Translations under genes and position numbers: made by a program
Origin: a virus
Length of the DNA stretch: 64,000 nt
Virus record (IMG/VR): IMGVR_UViG_3300045988_143931
Span: 96,001-160,000 of that record
Direction: 5' to 3' (one strand)
The notes under the pieces: model-generated
Told to the model about the DNA's origin: nothing
Databases searched by the model: none
Seen by the model: the letters and a program-made list of their open reading frames with translations, nothing else
Shown here: positions 27,004-36,500 of the stretch, in pieces
Numbering within the stretch: position 1 is the first letter of the stretch
How the letters are laid out: each line of letters begins with the position of its first letter

Positions 27004-27225
27004 ATGGTTAAAACAAATTTAAAACCGAGGGATTATTTACCACATGAGGCAGTTAGAATTGTTAATCCCAAACAGTCTCTTCTTTATATAAAGAATGGTG
27101 TGTATCCTATAGATATGTATGTAAGTATTGATGATAAAACAAATAATTCAATTCTTGCAATGGTATTTTTAAAAGAAGACACCGCTGATGTATATAAAAA
27201 GTGGTGCAATTATGAATTAGATTAG
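27004..27225 (+). CDS. hypothetical protein (73 aa)
   Basis: ORF track. GAAAGGA upstream. Confidence 0.4.
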   Translation: MVKTNLKPRDYLPHEAVRIVNPKQSLLYIKNGVYPIDMYVSIDDKTNNSILAMVFLKEDTADVYKKWCNYELD

Positions 27226-27236
27226 GTGGTGATTGA

Positions 27237-28343
27237 ATGTATTTAGATAATGCAGCGACAACTCCATTAAAATCGGAAGTTAAGGATTATATTATATCTC
27301 TTTTTGACACATACCAGAATCCATCGTCAATGTATCAATCTGGTGTTAATGTAAAACAAATAATTACCACAGCACGAAATAATGTCGCCAAATTCATCAA
27401 TGCAAATCCAGAAAATATTATTTTTACATCGGGCGGTTCAGCCAACAATACGCTTTTTATTAAAGGTTATACTCAGAGAAATGAATGTAGAGTGTTATAC
27501 TCTCCTACTTCACATAAATCGGTGCTGAAGTGTGTAGAATCACTTAAATATAAGTGTTCACTTAAAGTTGATTATACAGGAAAAATTGATCTTCAAGATC
27601 TTAAAGAATGTTTATCTATAGATACAATGAAGAAGCTTGTAGTTATAGAACATGCTAACTCTGAGATTGGAACAATTCAAGATATAAAACAGATTATTGA
27701 AATGTGTCATTTTTATAACGCAATAGTCTATGTAGATTGTACAGGTTCTATTAGTCAAATCCCTGTAGATATAAGAACTTTAGATGTTGATGGTTTGGGG
27801 TTTTCCGCACATAAGCTTTCAGCTCTAAAGGGCGTAGGTATTTTATATAAGAAGAAACATATCGAACTTGAACCACTTATATATGGTTCACAAGAACAAG
27901 GGTTGTTTGGTGGTACTGAAAATGTAATAGGTATAGCCGCACTTGGTAAGGCAGTTGAGAATTATGATTACTCTTCTATTACATCTAATAATCGTAATTA
28001 TATCTATAATAACATTAAAAATAATATTCCAGATTCATATTTGGTTGGAGCTGATTTGAAGCATAGATTACCACATAATCTATACATATGTTTTAAAGGA
28101 ATACAAGCTGAATCATTGATGATATTACTTGATATGAATGGGTATCAAGTATCAACTGGAAGTGCTTGTACAAGTGGCGATTTAACACCATCTTCTACTC
28201 TATTGGCTATTAAAATGAATAATGGAGATATAAATAGTTGTATAAGAATTACATTAAGTGGTAAAGAAGAGATTACTGAACTGAATACGTTTTGTGAAGT
28301 ATTGAAGAGGTGTATAGAAACATTAAGACAAATGAATAAATAA
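27237..28343 (+). CDS. cysteine desulfurase (NifS/IscS-like class V aminotransferase)
   Basis: PLP-lysine motif SAHKLSALKGVGILY, GGTENV, and active-site loop STGSACTSG. 368 aa is the right size. Confidence 0.8.
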   Translation: MYLDNAATTPLKSEVKDYIISLFDTYQNPSSMYQSGVNVKQIITTARNNVAKFINANPENIIFTSGGSANNTLFIKGYTQRNECRVLYSPTSHKSVLKCVESLKYKCSLKVDYTGKIDLQDLKECLSIDTMKKLVVIEHANSEIGTIQDIKQIIEMCHFYNAIVYVDCTGSISQIPVDIRTLDVDGLGFSAHKLSALKGVGILYKKKHIELEPLIYGSQEQGLFGGTENVIGIAALGKAVENYDYSSITSNNRNYIYNNIKNNIPDSYLVGADLKHRLPHNLYICFKGIQAESLMILLDMNGYQVSTGSACTSGDLTPSSTLLAIKMNNGDINSCIRITLSGKEEITELNTFCEVLKRCIETLRQMNK

Positions 28344-28363
28344 AAATAAGGAGGAAATAAATT

Positions 28364-28735
28364 ATGAAGGAAGTTTTTCAAAATATAAATTGGTTAGAAC
28401 TTTTATCTGCAATCTGGACAATTGTTCTTGTTCCAATATTAACAAAAATATATTCTTATTTTAAAGATAAGAAACTTGATAAGTATGTAGATATTCTTTA
28501 TAGCGAAGTAAAGAAGGCTGTTAAATCTGTATATGAAACAGAAGTTAAAGATATTAAGGGTACTGCCGATTGGACACCCGAAAAACAGGCAGAAGTTAAG
28601 GCTGTTGCCAAGGAAAAGGCTATTCAAGCACTTAATACGATAGTATACAAGACACTTAAGGAAGCTAATACAGATTTTGATTCATATTTAGATAGTCTCA
28701 TAGGTACGGCTTTATACGATGTAAAGCACGAATAA
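28364..28735 (+). CDS. holin-like protein (LL-H-type architecture)
   Basis: N-terminal TM WLELLSAIWTIVLVPILTKIY followed by a charged helical tail. Lies near the endolysin. Confidence 0.45.
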   Translation: MKEVFQNINWLELLSAIWTIVLVPILTKIYSYFKDKKLDKYVDILYSEVKKAVKSVYETEVKDIKGTADWTPEKQAEVKAVAKEKAIQALNTIVYKTLKEANTDFDSYLDSLIGTALYDVKHE

Positions 28736-28749
28736 AGGAGACTATATGA

Positions 28750-29223
28750 ATGGGAGCAATAGAAAGATTAGCTGATATAGATTATGTATTAGTAATACTT
28801 GGATTTTTTGCTGTGCTATTTGCGGCAAAGGAAATTATAGAAATATTTGGTTATTTTAAGAAGAAATGGCGTATTAAGACTGGGATTGAACAAGATAAAG
28901 AAACATTAGAAAGCAGAATAAAAACACTTGAAAAACATGATAATTGGCAGTATCAAGAAATTCAGAAAATATCTAAAGGTATTGATGATATTAAAGATAA
29001 TCTTGTAAAAAGAGAACTAAAGGATAAAGAAGAAACAGTTGCTACTCTTAGAGGACAATTATATGGACTTCATGAAAAATTTGTAACGAAGGGATTTATT
29101 GATAAATCTGGATTAAAAACATTTATTGAGCTTGGTAAAATATATGAAGCTGCTGGAGGCGATGATATTTACCATGATAAGTTATATCCTGAAATTATGG
29201 CTTTGCCAATTAAAGAAGATTAA
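28750..29223 (+). CDS. membrane-anchored coiled-coil protein (possible lysis accessory)
   Basis: N-terminal TM YVLVILGFFAVLFAA, then a charged helical region. Confidence 0.35.
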   Translation: MGAIERLADIDYVLVILGFFAVLFAAKEIIEIFGYFKKKWRIKTGIEQDKETLESRIKTLEKHDNWQYQEIQKISKGIDDIKDNLVKRELKDKEETVATLRGQLYGLHEKFVTKGFIDKSGLKTFIELGKIYEAAGGDDIYHDKLYPEIMALPIKED

Positions 29224-29310
29224 TTTTTATAATATCACATATTTGGTAAACTTTGCTTAACATATATTTATGTATAATACTCATATAAAATAAATTATTG
29301 GAAATACTTT

Positions 29311-29514
29311 ATGTATATGAAGAACAAAGTTGATGAATATCGTTGTAAACAAAATATGACATTACAGCAATTATCAGAAAGAACAGGTATTTCAAGAACC
29401 ACTCTTTCAAAAATTGTAAATAATCAAACAAATGATATTTTATTAAGTCATGCAATCACCTTATCTCGTGTACTTAAAGTAAATCTATATGAATTATTCT
29501 GTATACAGAAATAA
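29311..29514 (+). CDS. XRE/Cro-type helix-turn-helix regulator
   Basis: MTLQQLSERTGISRTTLSKIVNNQ is a typical HTH_3 core. 65-67 aa. Confidence 0.7.
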   Translation: MYMKNKVDEYRCKQNMTLQQLSERTGISRTTLSKIVNNQTNDILLSHAITLSRVLKVNLYELFCIQK

Positions 29515-29527
29515 TGGAGGAATGTTT

Positions 29528-29698
29528 ATGACATATTTTAATTTAATTTGCGAAGAATTATGTATAACTGGAGGAAAGGTTATATATATTGATACCAATG
29601 TTAGAACTCTTGAAGAAGTACATAAGATAGTAACTGATAATGCTGAAAAATATCCAAAAGGAAAATGGGAATTATACCCTATGCAAATAATAATTTAA
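29528..29698 (+). CDS. small hypothetical protein (56 aa)
   Basis: ATG 29528 is 6 nt after GGAGGA. ORF-track start 29489 overlaps the XRE gene. Confidence 0.4.
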   Translation: MTYFNLICEELCITGGKVIYIDTNVRTLEEVHKIVTDNAEKYPKGKWELYPMQIII

Positions 29699-29785
29699 TA
29701 ACAAACAATTAAATAGAAACATTTAATAAGAACGAGCTAAATTTTGACTCGTTCTTTTATTTTGTCTAAAAATAAAGGAGGAACT

Positions 29786-31129
29786 ATGGCTTATAGAATT
29801 ATAGATGTATCAGATAATAATGGACAGCTTGATTGGGATACAATTAAGTCAAGTATTAATGGTGCAATTATCAGAATTGGGTTTGGTTCAGATTATGAAA
29901 ATCAGGATGATTCACAGGCTATTAGAAATATGCAGGAATGTGAAAGACTTGGCATCCCTTATGGTGTGTACATATATTCTTATTGTCTTAATATAGAAGA
30001 AACAAGAAGTGAAGCAGCTCATATATTAAGAATAATTCAGGGATTTAATCCTGTTCTTGGTGTATGGTTCGACATGGAAGACGCTGATGGGTATAAAAGA
30101 AATCATGGTCTTGTTCCCGAACAAAATGGTGAACTTCTCACAGATTTTTGTGTAGATTTCATGCAGATTGTTAAGGATGCAGGATACAAAACGGGTGTTT
30201 ACGCAAATTATAGTTATTTTACCAATGTATTAAACGATGGTAAATTAATGTCTTTTGAAGGATTTAACAGATGGCTTGCACATTGGGGAATAGATGAACC
30301 TTCGATGGATTGTCTGTTGTGGCAATATACATCAGATGGTTATATTGAGGGAATTTCATACTATACAGAAACACCTGTATATGATGATAATGGTGTTCCA
30401 ACAGGTGAGACGACAACAGAACTTCATCATAGATTTGATATGAATTATTATTATGGAGAATTACCTAATGTTGAACCAGTTATTCCATCTGAACCAACTG
30501 AAGATAACTCGGAATCAGATGATATTGAAACAAAATATCATGTAGGAGATTATGTGTCATATCATACAATTTATGCGTCTTCTACTTCCGAAAATGGATT
30601 AACACCTTCAATTACAGAAGGCACAATTACTAATATCATTGCATCTGCAAGAAATCCATATCTTATTAACGATGGTACAGGATGGATTAATGATAATTGT
30701 ATTGTTGAAAATAATGATAAAAATACTTCTGAACCAGAATCTCCTGATATAAAAGAATCTACAGGTCTTGCTCATTCTATTGGCGAATATGTCACATATT
30801 CAGCACTCTTTGCTTCTTCAGCTTCCGAAGAACCACTTAATCCACTTTATACAGATGGAACTATTACAGCTATCGCTGAAGGTGCGAGAAATCCATATCT
30901 TATTGAAAATGGTAGGGGTTGGGTAAATGACTCTGTTATTAATGGTAGTTCTACGCCAGAAGACAATTATGAAGAACCATCTTATGATACATATGAAGTT
31001 GAAAGCGGAGATTGTCTTTCAGCCATTGGTGATAAGCTTGGTGTAGATTGGTATTCTATTGCAGAAGCTAATGGTATCGGAGAACCATATACTATTTATC
31101 CAGGTCAATCTCTTATTATACCTAGATAG
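29786..31129 (+). CDS. endolysin: GH25 muramidase + two SH3-like repeats + C-terminal LysM
   Basis: ATG 29786 after AAAGGAGG. N-terminus IIDVSDNNGQLDWDTIKSSINGAIIRIGFG...DMEDADG is GH25-like. Two ~60-aa repeats (GDYVSYHTIYASS...NPYLINDGTGWIND and GEYVTYSALFASS...NPYLIENGRGWVND). LysM segment YEVESGDCLSAIGDKLGVDWYSIAEANGI...PGQSLIIP. Confidence 0.85.
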   Translation: MAYRIIDVSDNNGQLDWDTIKSSINGAIIRIGFGSDYENQDDSQAIRNMQECERLGIPYGVYIYSYCLNIEETRSEAAHILRIIQGFNPVLGVWFDMEDADGYKRNHGLVPEQNGELLTDFCVDFMQIVKDAGYKTGVYANYSYFTNVLNDGKLMSFEGFNRWLAHWGIDEPSMDCLLWQYTSDGYIEGISYYTETPVYDDNGVPTGETTTELHHRFDMNYYYGELPNVEPVIPSEPTEDNSESDDIETKYHVGDYVSYHTIYASSTSENGLTPSITEGTITNIIASARNPYLINDGTGWINDNCIVENNDKNTSEPESPDIKESTGLAHSIGEYVTYSALFASSASEEPLNPLYTDGTITAIAEGARNPYLIENGRGWVNDSVINGSSTPEDNYEEPSYDTYEVESGDCLSAIGDKLGVDWYSIAEANGIGEPYTIYPGQSLIIPR

Positions 31130-31260
31130 TATACTAATAATAAAGAAAGTGTGGTTTCATAGTAATTTTTGAAGCCACACTTATTTTTCAAAAAATTATA
31201 AATACACATTCAAAATGTCTTTACTACTATCTAGCCATGTAGTAAGGGCATTTTATTTAT

Positions 31261-31755
31261 ATGGAGAGTGTGTGGCTAGACCACTCTCCTGCCCCCTTAA
31301 TTAAGAAAGGAATGAAAGATATAGAAATTATTGATTTGATTTTAAACCAAGATGTATTGGAGAAATATAATAAATATTATTTCAAACAACATCCTAAAGC
31401 AAGGAAAATTCCTATTGAAAGACCAATGCACCCCTCGATCAACACATGGATGATATTACCAAGAATACAGATGAATCAACTTAAACAAAAATGGAAAGAT
31501 TTTATTGTTTTTTGGATAAAGGACTTAGGTTTACAAGATAAACACTTAGAGTCTTTTGAGATGATATTTACCACTTATATGCCGACAAAAAGGCGTGTGG
31601 ATTGTGATAACACAGTTCCTAAATTTATCCTAGATGGATTTAGTGAATCAGGTTTTATTATTGATGACGATGGGAAGCATTTACATTCTCTTACATTAAA
31701 AACAGGATATGATAAGGATAATCCAAGAACGGAAATAAAAATTATAGTGAAATAA
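31261..31755 (+). CDS. rusA: RusA-family Holliday-junction resolvase
   Basis: RRVDCDNTVPKFILDGFSESGFIIDDDGKHL matches the RusA catalytic Asp cluster. The true start may be ATG 31312, because 31262-31290 forms a hairpin. Confidence 0.65.
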   Translation: MESVWLDHSPAPLIKKGMKDIEIIDLILNQDVLEKYNKYYFKQHPKARKIPIERPMHPSINTWMILPRIQMNQLKQKWKDFIVFWIKDLGLQDKHLESFEMIFTTYMPTKRRVDCDNTVPKFILDGFSESGFIIDDDGKHLHSLTLKTGYDKDNPRTEIKIIVK

Positions 31756-31771
31756 AGGAGAATATTAAGAT

Positions 31772-32167
31772 ATGAACAAAACATTAAAGGTATATCAGAT
31801 AATTAATGTCAATGCAAGAATTAAAAATGTAATTGAAGGTGACTCAGCAATTAATGCTGCATTTAAGTTTAAACTACTCAGATTATATTCAGAAATTCAG
31901 GGAGTTGTAAAGGATTTTGAAATGACCAAAGACTCTCTTGTTAATAAGTATGGTAAAGATGTTGTTGACGAAAAGGGGGAAGTTGTTCCAAATCAGAAGA
32001 GAATTAGTCCTGAAGATGAAAATTGGAAAGAATTTATTAAGGAAATTAATGCAGTAAGTGATTCTGATGTAGATGTTAATTTCACACCTATCAGTGCGGA
32101 AAAATTGTTTAGTATGGGGTTAGATACTGATGCTTGTGCTGATTTAATACCTATTGTAGAAGAATAA
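31772..32167 (+). CDS. hypothetical protein (131 aa)
   Basis: ORF track. AAGGAGA upstream. Confidence 0.45.
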   Translation: MNKTLKVYQIINVNARIKNVIEGDSAINAAFKFKLLRLYSEIQGVVKDFEMTKDSLVNKYGKDVVDEKGEVVPNQKRISPEDENWKEFIKEINAVSDSDVDVNFTPISAEKLFSMGLDTDACADLIPIVEE

Positions 32168-32192
32168 AATTATAAAGGAGATAAAAGGAATT

Positions 32193-32837
32193 ATGAATAA
32201 GATAACAGTTAAAGAATTTGTTGAGGGATATAATAAGTGTGTAGATTCATTAAAGAATAGATATATACAGGAAAAGTTAAGCATTATATCTTACTTACCT
32301 GTAAATATTAAAGATGCTATTGCAATAATCATTACAGATAGAACTATGTTTGAACAGGAAAAATATACTGACGAAAATGGTGAAATAAAATTTCGTAAGA
32401 CTGATAATGTACATGTTAATTCATTTGTTCAGTATATGTTATTTGTTAGAGAAGTTATTGAAAAGTATACAAATCTTGTTTGGAGTAATGACGGTAATTA
32501 TACAGCGGATTATGATTTATTAAAATCTTCTGGACTTCTTGATAAATTAATGATTGGAGAAATTGTGAATGGAAAAGAAATTCCACCACTTATTCCAGCA
32601 AGTGAAATATCTGAAATAAGAACTCTTATTGATATGCATAAATCTGATATTATGCAAAATGTATATGAACCACACGCATATATTAGTCGTCAGGTTGAAA
32701 GGTTTGGGACACTTGCAAATATAACCATAGAACCACTTATAAAGCTTATTGAACAGAAGATACAGGGAATTCCACAGGAAGATATTACTAAGGTCGTTGA
32801 GCTTGTAAGAACTGGTGATTTTAAGGAAGTAGAATAA
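32193..32837 (+). CDS. hypothetical protein (214 aa)
   Basis: ORF track. AAGGAGA upstream. Confidence 0.45.
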   Translation: MNKITVKEFVEGYNKCVDSLKNRYIQEKLSIISYLPVNIKDAIAIIITDRTMFEQEKYTDENGEIKFRKTDNVHVNSFVQYMLFVREVIEKYTNLVWSNDGNYTADYDLLKSSGLLDKLMIGEIVNGKEIPPLIPASEISEIRTLIDMHKSDIMQNVYEPHAYISRQVERFGTLANITIEPLIKLIEQKIQGIPQEDITKVVELVRTGDFKEVE

Positions 32838-32840
32838 AAA

Positions 32841-33047
32841 AGCAGTACTATATTTTACATATAATACTGCTTAAATGTCCTTAATTGAGTGAAGATATAT
32901 GTCGGAAATTCAATTAAGGACTGACAATTATTTTCACTTGTTAAATATATCATTACAATTAAATATTGTCAATATTTTAGGCTCTATGCGTGTCACAGCG
33001 TATAGAGCTTTTCTTATGGAGAGTGGTAATACTGCTCTCCTATTTTA
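32841..33047 (+). terminator. cluster of four strong hairpins (tandem terminators/insulator) before the tape-measure operon
   Basis: Hairpins at 32841-32871 (12 bp, 1 mismatch), 32877-32921 (12-bp perfect GTCCTTAATTGA/TCAATTAAGGAC), 32981-33008 plus TTTTCTT, and 33018-33040 plus TATTTTA. Confidence 0.55.
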
Positions 33048-33094
33048 GTGTAAAAATAGTGAAATTATAGTGAATATTTTGGAGGTGATGATAG

Positions 33095-33571
33095 ATGGGT
33101 TCATTTAGACTAGATCAGAATTTTATAAATAAGATAGAAAAACAATGTCAAGAAAAAGCAAAAAATTTAGCACATGAGGCTTCTGAAAAATTAACAAATC
33201 ATTATATTACATTGCTTGATTGGTATTATGCCGATTATCAACCAAAACTGAATAAATACGATGAACCATATTATATTCGTACCTTCAATTTATATAAATC
33301 AGCTCACAAATATTATAAAAATGGAACTGATAGATTTTATGGTGGTGTTCGTATTGATGGTTCTACTATGAAAGATTATTCAGGAATTAGAAATGCTTCA
33401 ATATCTGGACAGGATTTATTGAGTACATATATCTATAATCCATCTGGTACATGGCATGGTGGTGATTGGTATGGTGGTTATGGAGTTACGGCGAGTTTTA
33501 ACATTTATAACGAAATGCAAAAATATAAAAATAAATTAATAAAAGACATGCAGAATAGATGCAAAATCTAA
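33095..33571 (+). CDS. hypothetical protein preceding tape measure (possible chaperone position)
   Basis: 158 aa. GGAGGTG upstream. Confidence 0.4.
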   Translation: MGSFRLDQNFINKIEKQCQEKAKNLAHEASEKLTNHYITLLDWYYADYQPKLNKYDEPYYIRTFNLYKSAHKYYKNGTDRFYGGVRIDGSTMKDYSGIRNASISGQDLLSTYIYNPSGTWHGGDWYGGYGVTASFNIYNEMQKYKNKLIKDMQNRCKI

Positions 33572-33585
33572 TAAGGAGGAATAAA

Positions 33586-36500
33586 ATGGCAAAAGATGGT
33601 ATAGTAAGTATTGCTATTGATTATAAAAACGAGCTTAATCAAATGATTCGTGATTATGAATCTGCTTTAACTAAGATGGCTTCAAATGATAAGTTATCAA
33701 AAGGAATGAAAGCACAATTTGATAATACAATTGCTGAGTTAAAGCGTTTTAAGGCAGATATGGAAAAATCTTTTTCTGATTTAAGTATCGGAAAAGTGGA
33801 TAAAAACAGTTTTAAAGCTTTTAAACAAACTGTTAATAAGAATTTTGAATCTGTTCGTGCAGAAATTGATAGATTAGATTTAGCTGTTTCAACTATAAAT
33901 TCACAGATAAAAATACTTGGAAATGGTGTTGATATAAGTAAGATAAGTAGTCAATTTAAAGATTTTCAAGATTATGTACAGAATACAAATAATGCTATTG
34001 ATACAATGATTAAAAAACTTGATGGTCAAGGCATTTCATTAATATCATTTGATGATAGCGCAATAAATCAAGCAAAGTCTCAGATAAAAGAAATTAATAA
34101 ATTACTTAAAAGTACAGATGAGTTCAGCGATGCAAAAGGCTCAAAATATGAATTATTTGATACAGAACAAGCTCAAGCAGAACTAGATGTTCTTGCCAAA
34201 GATTTAAAAAATACTCTTGAATTAATTGAAAAATCTGAATCGGAACTTTCAAATTTTGATAAAAATAGCATCGGTTTTGAAAAAACTATTAACCAAATCA
34301 ATATATTGAAATTAAAAGCTGCCGATTTACACGATTCTATTCAACAGTTAATAGATATTCCCGATAAAACAGGAGAATATACATTTGGTGATTCAATACT
34401 TATTTCTGATGACAATGTTGATAAAAAAGTATCTGAATATGAAAAAATTGTAAAAGGAACTTTAGATGAAATTCGTGAATCTGCCATCAAAACTCGTGAA
34501 GAGTTAGATAAAATCGTAACACCTACCTCTTCCAAAACAGCTTCTGCAAAAATATCAGATAAACTCAACCCAAATTCAGCAGAATTAGTAACTGGTGTAA
34601 CAATTGAAACCACTTCATCTGAATTATGGAAAAAGTTATCTCCTATTATTGAAGATTTACAAAATATCCTTAATAAAAATCCCGTTGTTGCTCCTGTAAA
34701 ACTTGTAGTAGCACCAAATGCAGTATCTTCTGAAAAAAATGGTGAAGTTGGCACTATTAGCAAATCTTATTCGAAGAAGTATCAAAGAGAATTAGCAAAA
34801 ACTGGTGAAGATGCAGTTATTGATTTAGAGGGTGTTTATAAGAAAACATTTACTTCTATAATGGATGAAGCCGTTTCTTATTCTAAGGAAACAATTTCTA
34901 AAATTCAAAATATCTTTGAATCTTCTCCTATTAAATTACATTTTGATTTTAATGAAGAAGAATTTAAGAAAATATCAGATGCACTTCTCTCTTCTGATTC
35001 TGATAAAAAGATTGACATTACAGATCAGATTGCAGAATCAAAAAAGGAGGTTAATGAACTTGCTGAAAAACTTGCCGAAGTTAATGAATTATTAAATTCA
35101 GCAGATTCAAAGGATTTTAGTTTTAAAGGGTTTGATAAATTCGCAGAAGAAATTTCAAAAAGCCTTGGTCAATTAGTCGAATTACAGTCAATGTTAAAGA
35201 CATTACAGAATATAGAATCTACTCTCGCTAGAGCATCAGGTGTAAGTAGTGTCACTGATATTGAAACACAGTGGCAGAATGTATCTAAGTTAATTGAGAA
35301 TTCTATTAAGTTAGATGGTACTTTTAGAAAAAATGCAAATGTAGATAAACTTGCTTCAGAATATAACAAGTATCTCAATATGGGTGGTACTAATGAGTTA
35401 TCATTTATTGGAAAGGTTGGGAAACTTGAAAATAGCAAGAATATTATGGAAGCTATTTTTTCAAAAGCTAAAGAGCTAAATTCTCAAAAAGTAGATACAT
35501 CTTCTGTAGATAAAGCAGATGATGAATTGAAATCAGTATCTTCTACTCTCGATGACGTTATCTCTCGTCTTGACCATATGATAAATTTGACAAGAGATAT
35601 TGGTAATACATTTTATAAAATGTTCAAAGACACTTCTGTTAGTGATATAGATAAACAGTGGTCTTCTATCGAATCTAAGTTCAAATCTATTGCTGATGAA
35701 TCTGGCAAAATAAATCTCTCTAAACAGAAAAAAGATATTCAAGAATTAGTTGAAATGTACCAAAAGTATGCAAATACTGGTGGTATGAAAACTCCTTTTG
35801 ATTTAACAGATAATGCAGAAACCATTAAAAAAATAAATAAAGTCTATGAACAGATGAATTCAAAAAAAAATAGAACTTCTGTTACGAATGAGTCAAAGAA
35901 TTTCATTAAAGTAGAGGATTCTGTTAATAGTCTCACTTCTGCTATTAATACAAAGACTGAAGCTATTAAAACAGAAGCTAATACAATGGAATTAGCTGCA
36001 AGAGCTGAAGTCAAATCTATTCAGAAGATTATTGATGCATTAAATCCATTAATTGAGAGAATAGAAAGTATTCCTGAATTAAAGATACCAAAAGAAGATA
36101 CTATTCTTCCACATAAGGAATCGAATATTTCATCTGGAAAGAAAGACGCATTTCCCTCTAATGAAGAAGTAAAACAGAAAGAAAAGTTAGCTGAAGCAAC
36201 TAGAAAACTTCGTCAAGAAGAAAAACAGTCAAGTCAAGATTCTGTTAATTCTGCGTTAAAAGATCAAGTTTCTGCATGGAAACAGATTCAATCTATTCGT
36301 GAAAAAATAGCAAAGGTTGATAATCCAGATGTTATTAACCAACTTCAAGAAACTAAAAGATATTACCAGCAACAGTATTTAGATGCAACTAAAATTCTAA
36401 AATCTAATCAAGATTTATACGATGCACAAGGACAGTTAAATAGGCTTAAACAAATTGAGTTAGAAACAACTGCAAAAATTAGTCAATATCAAAGTAAAAA

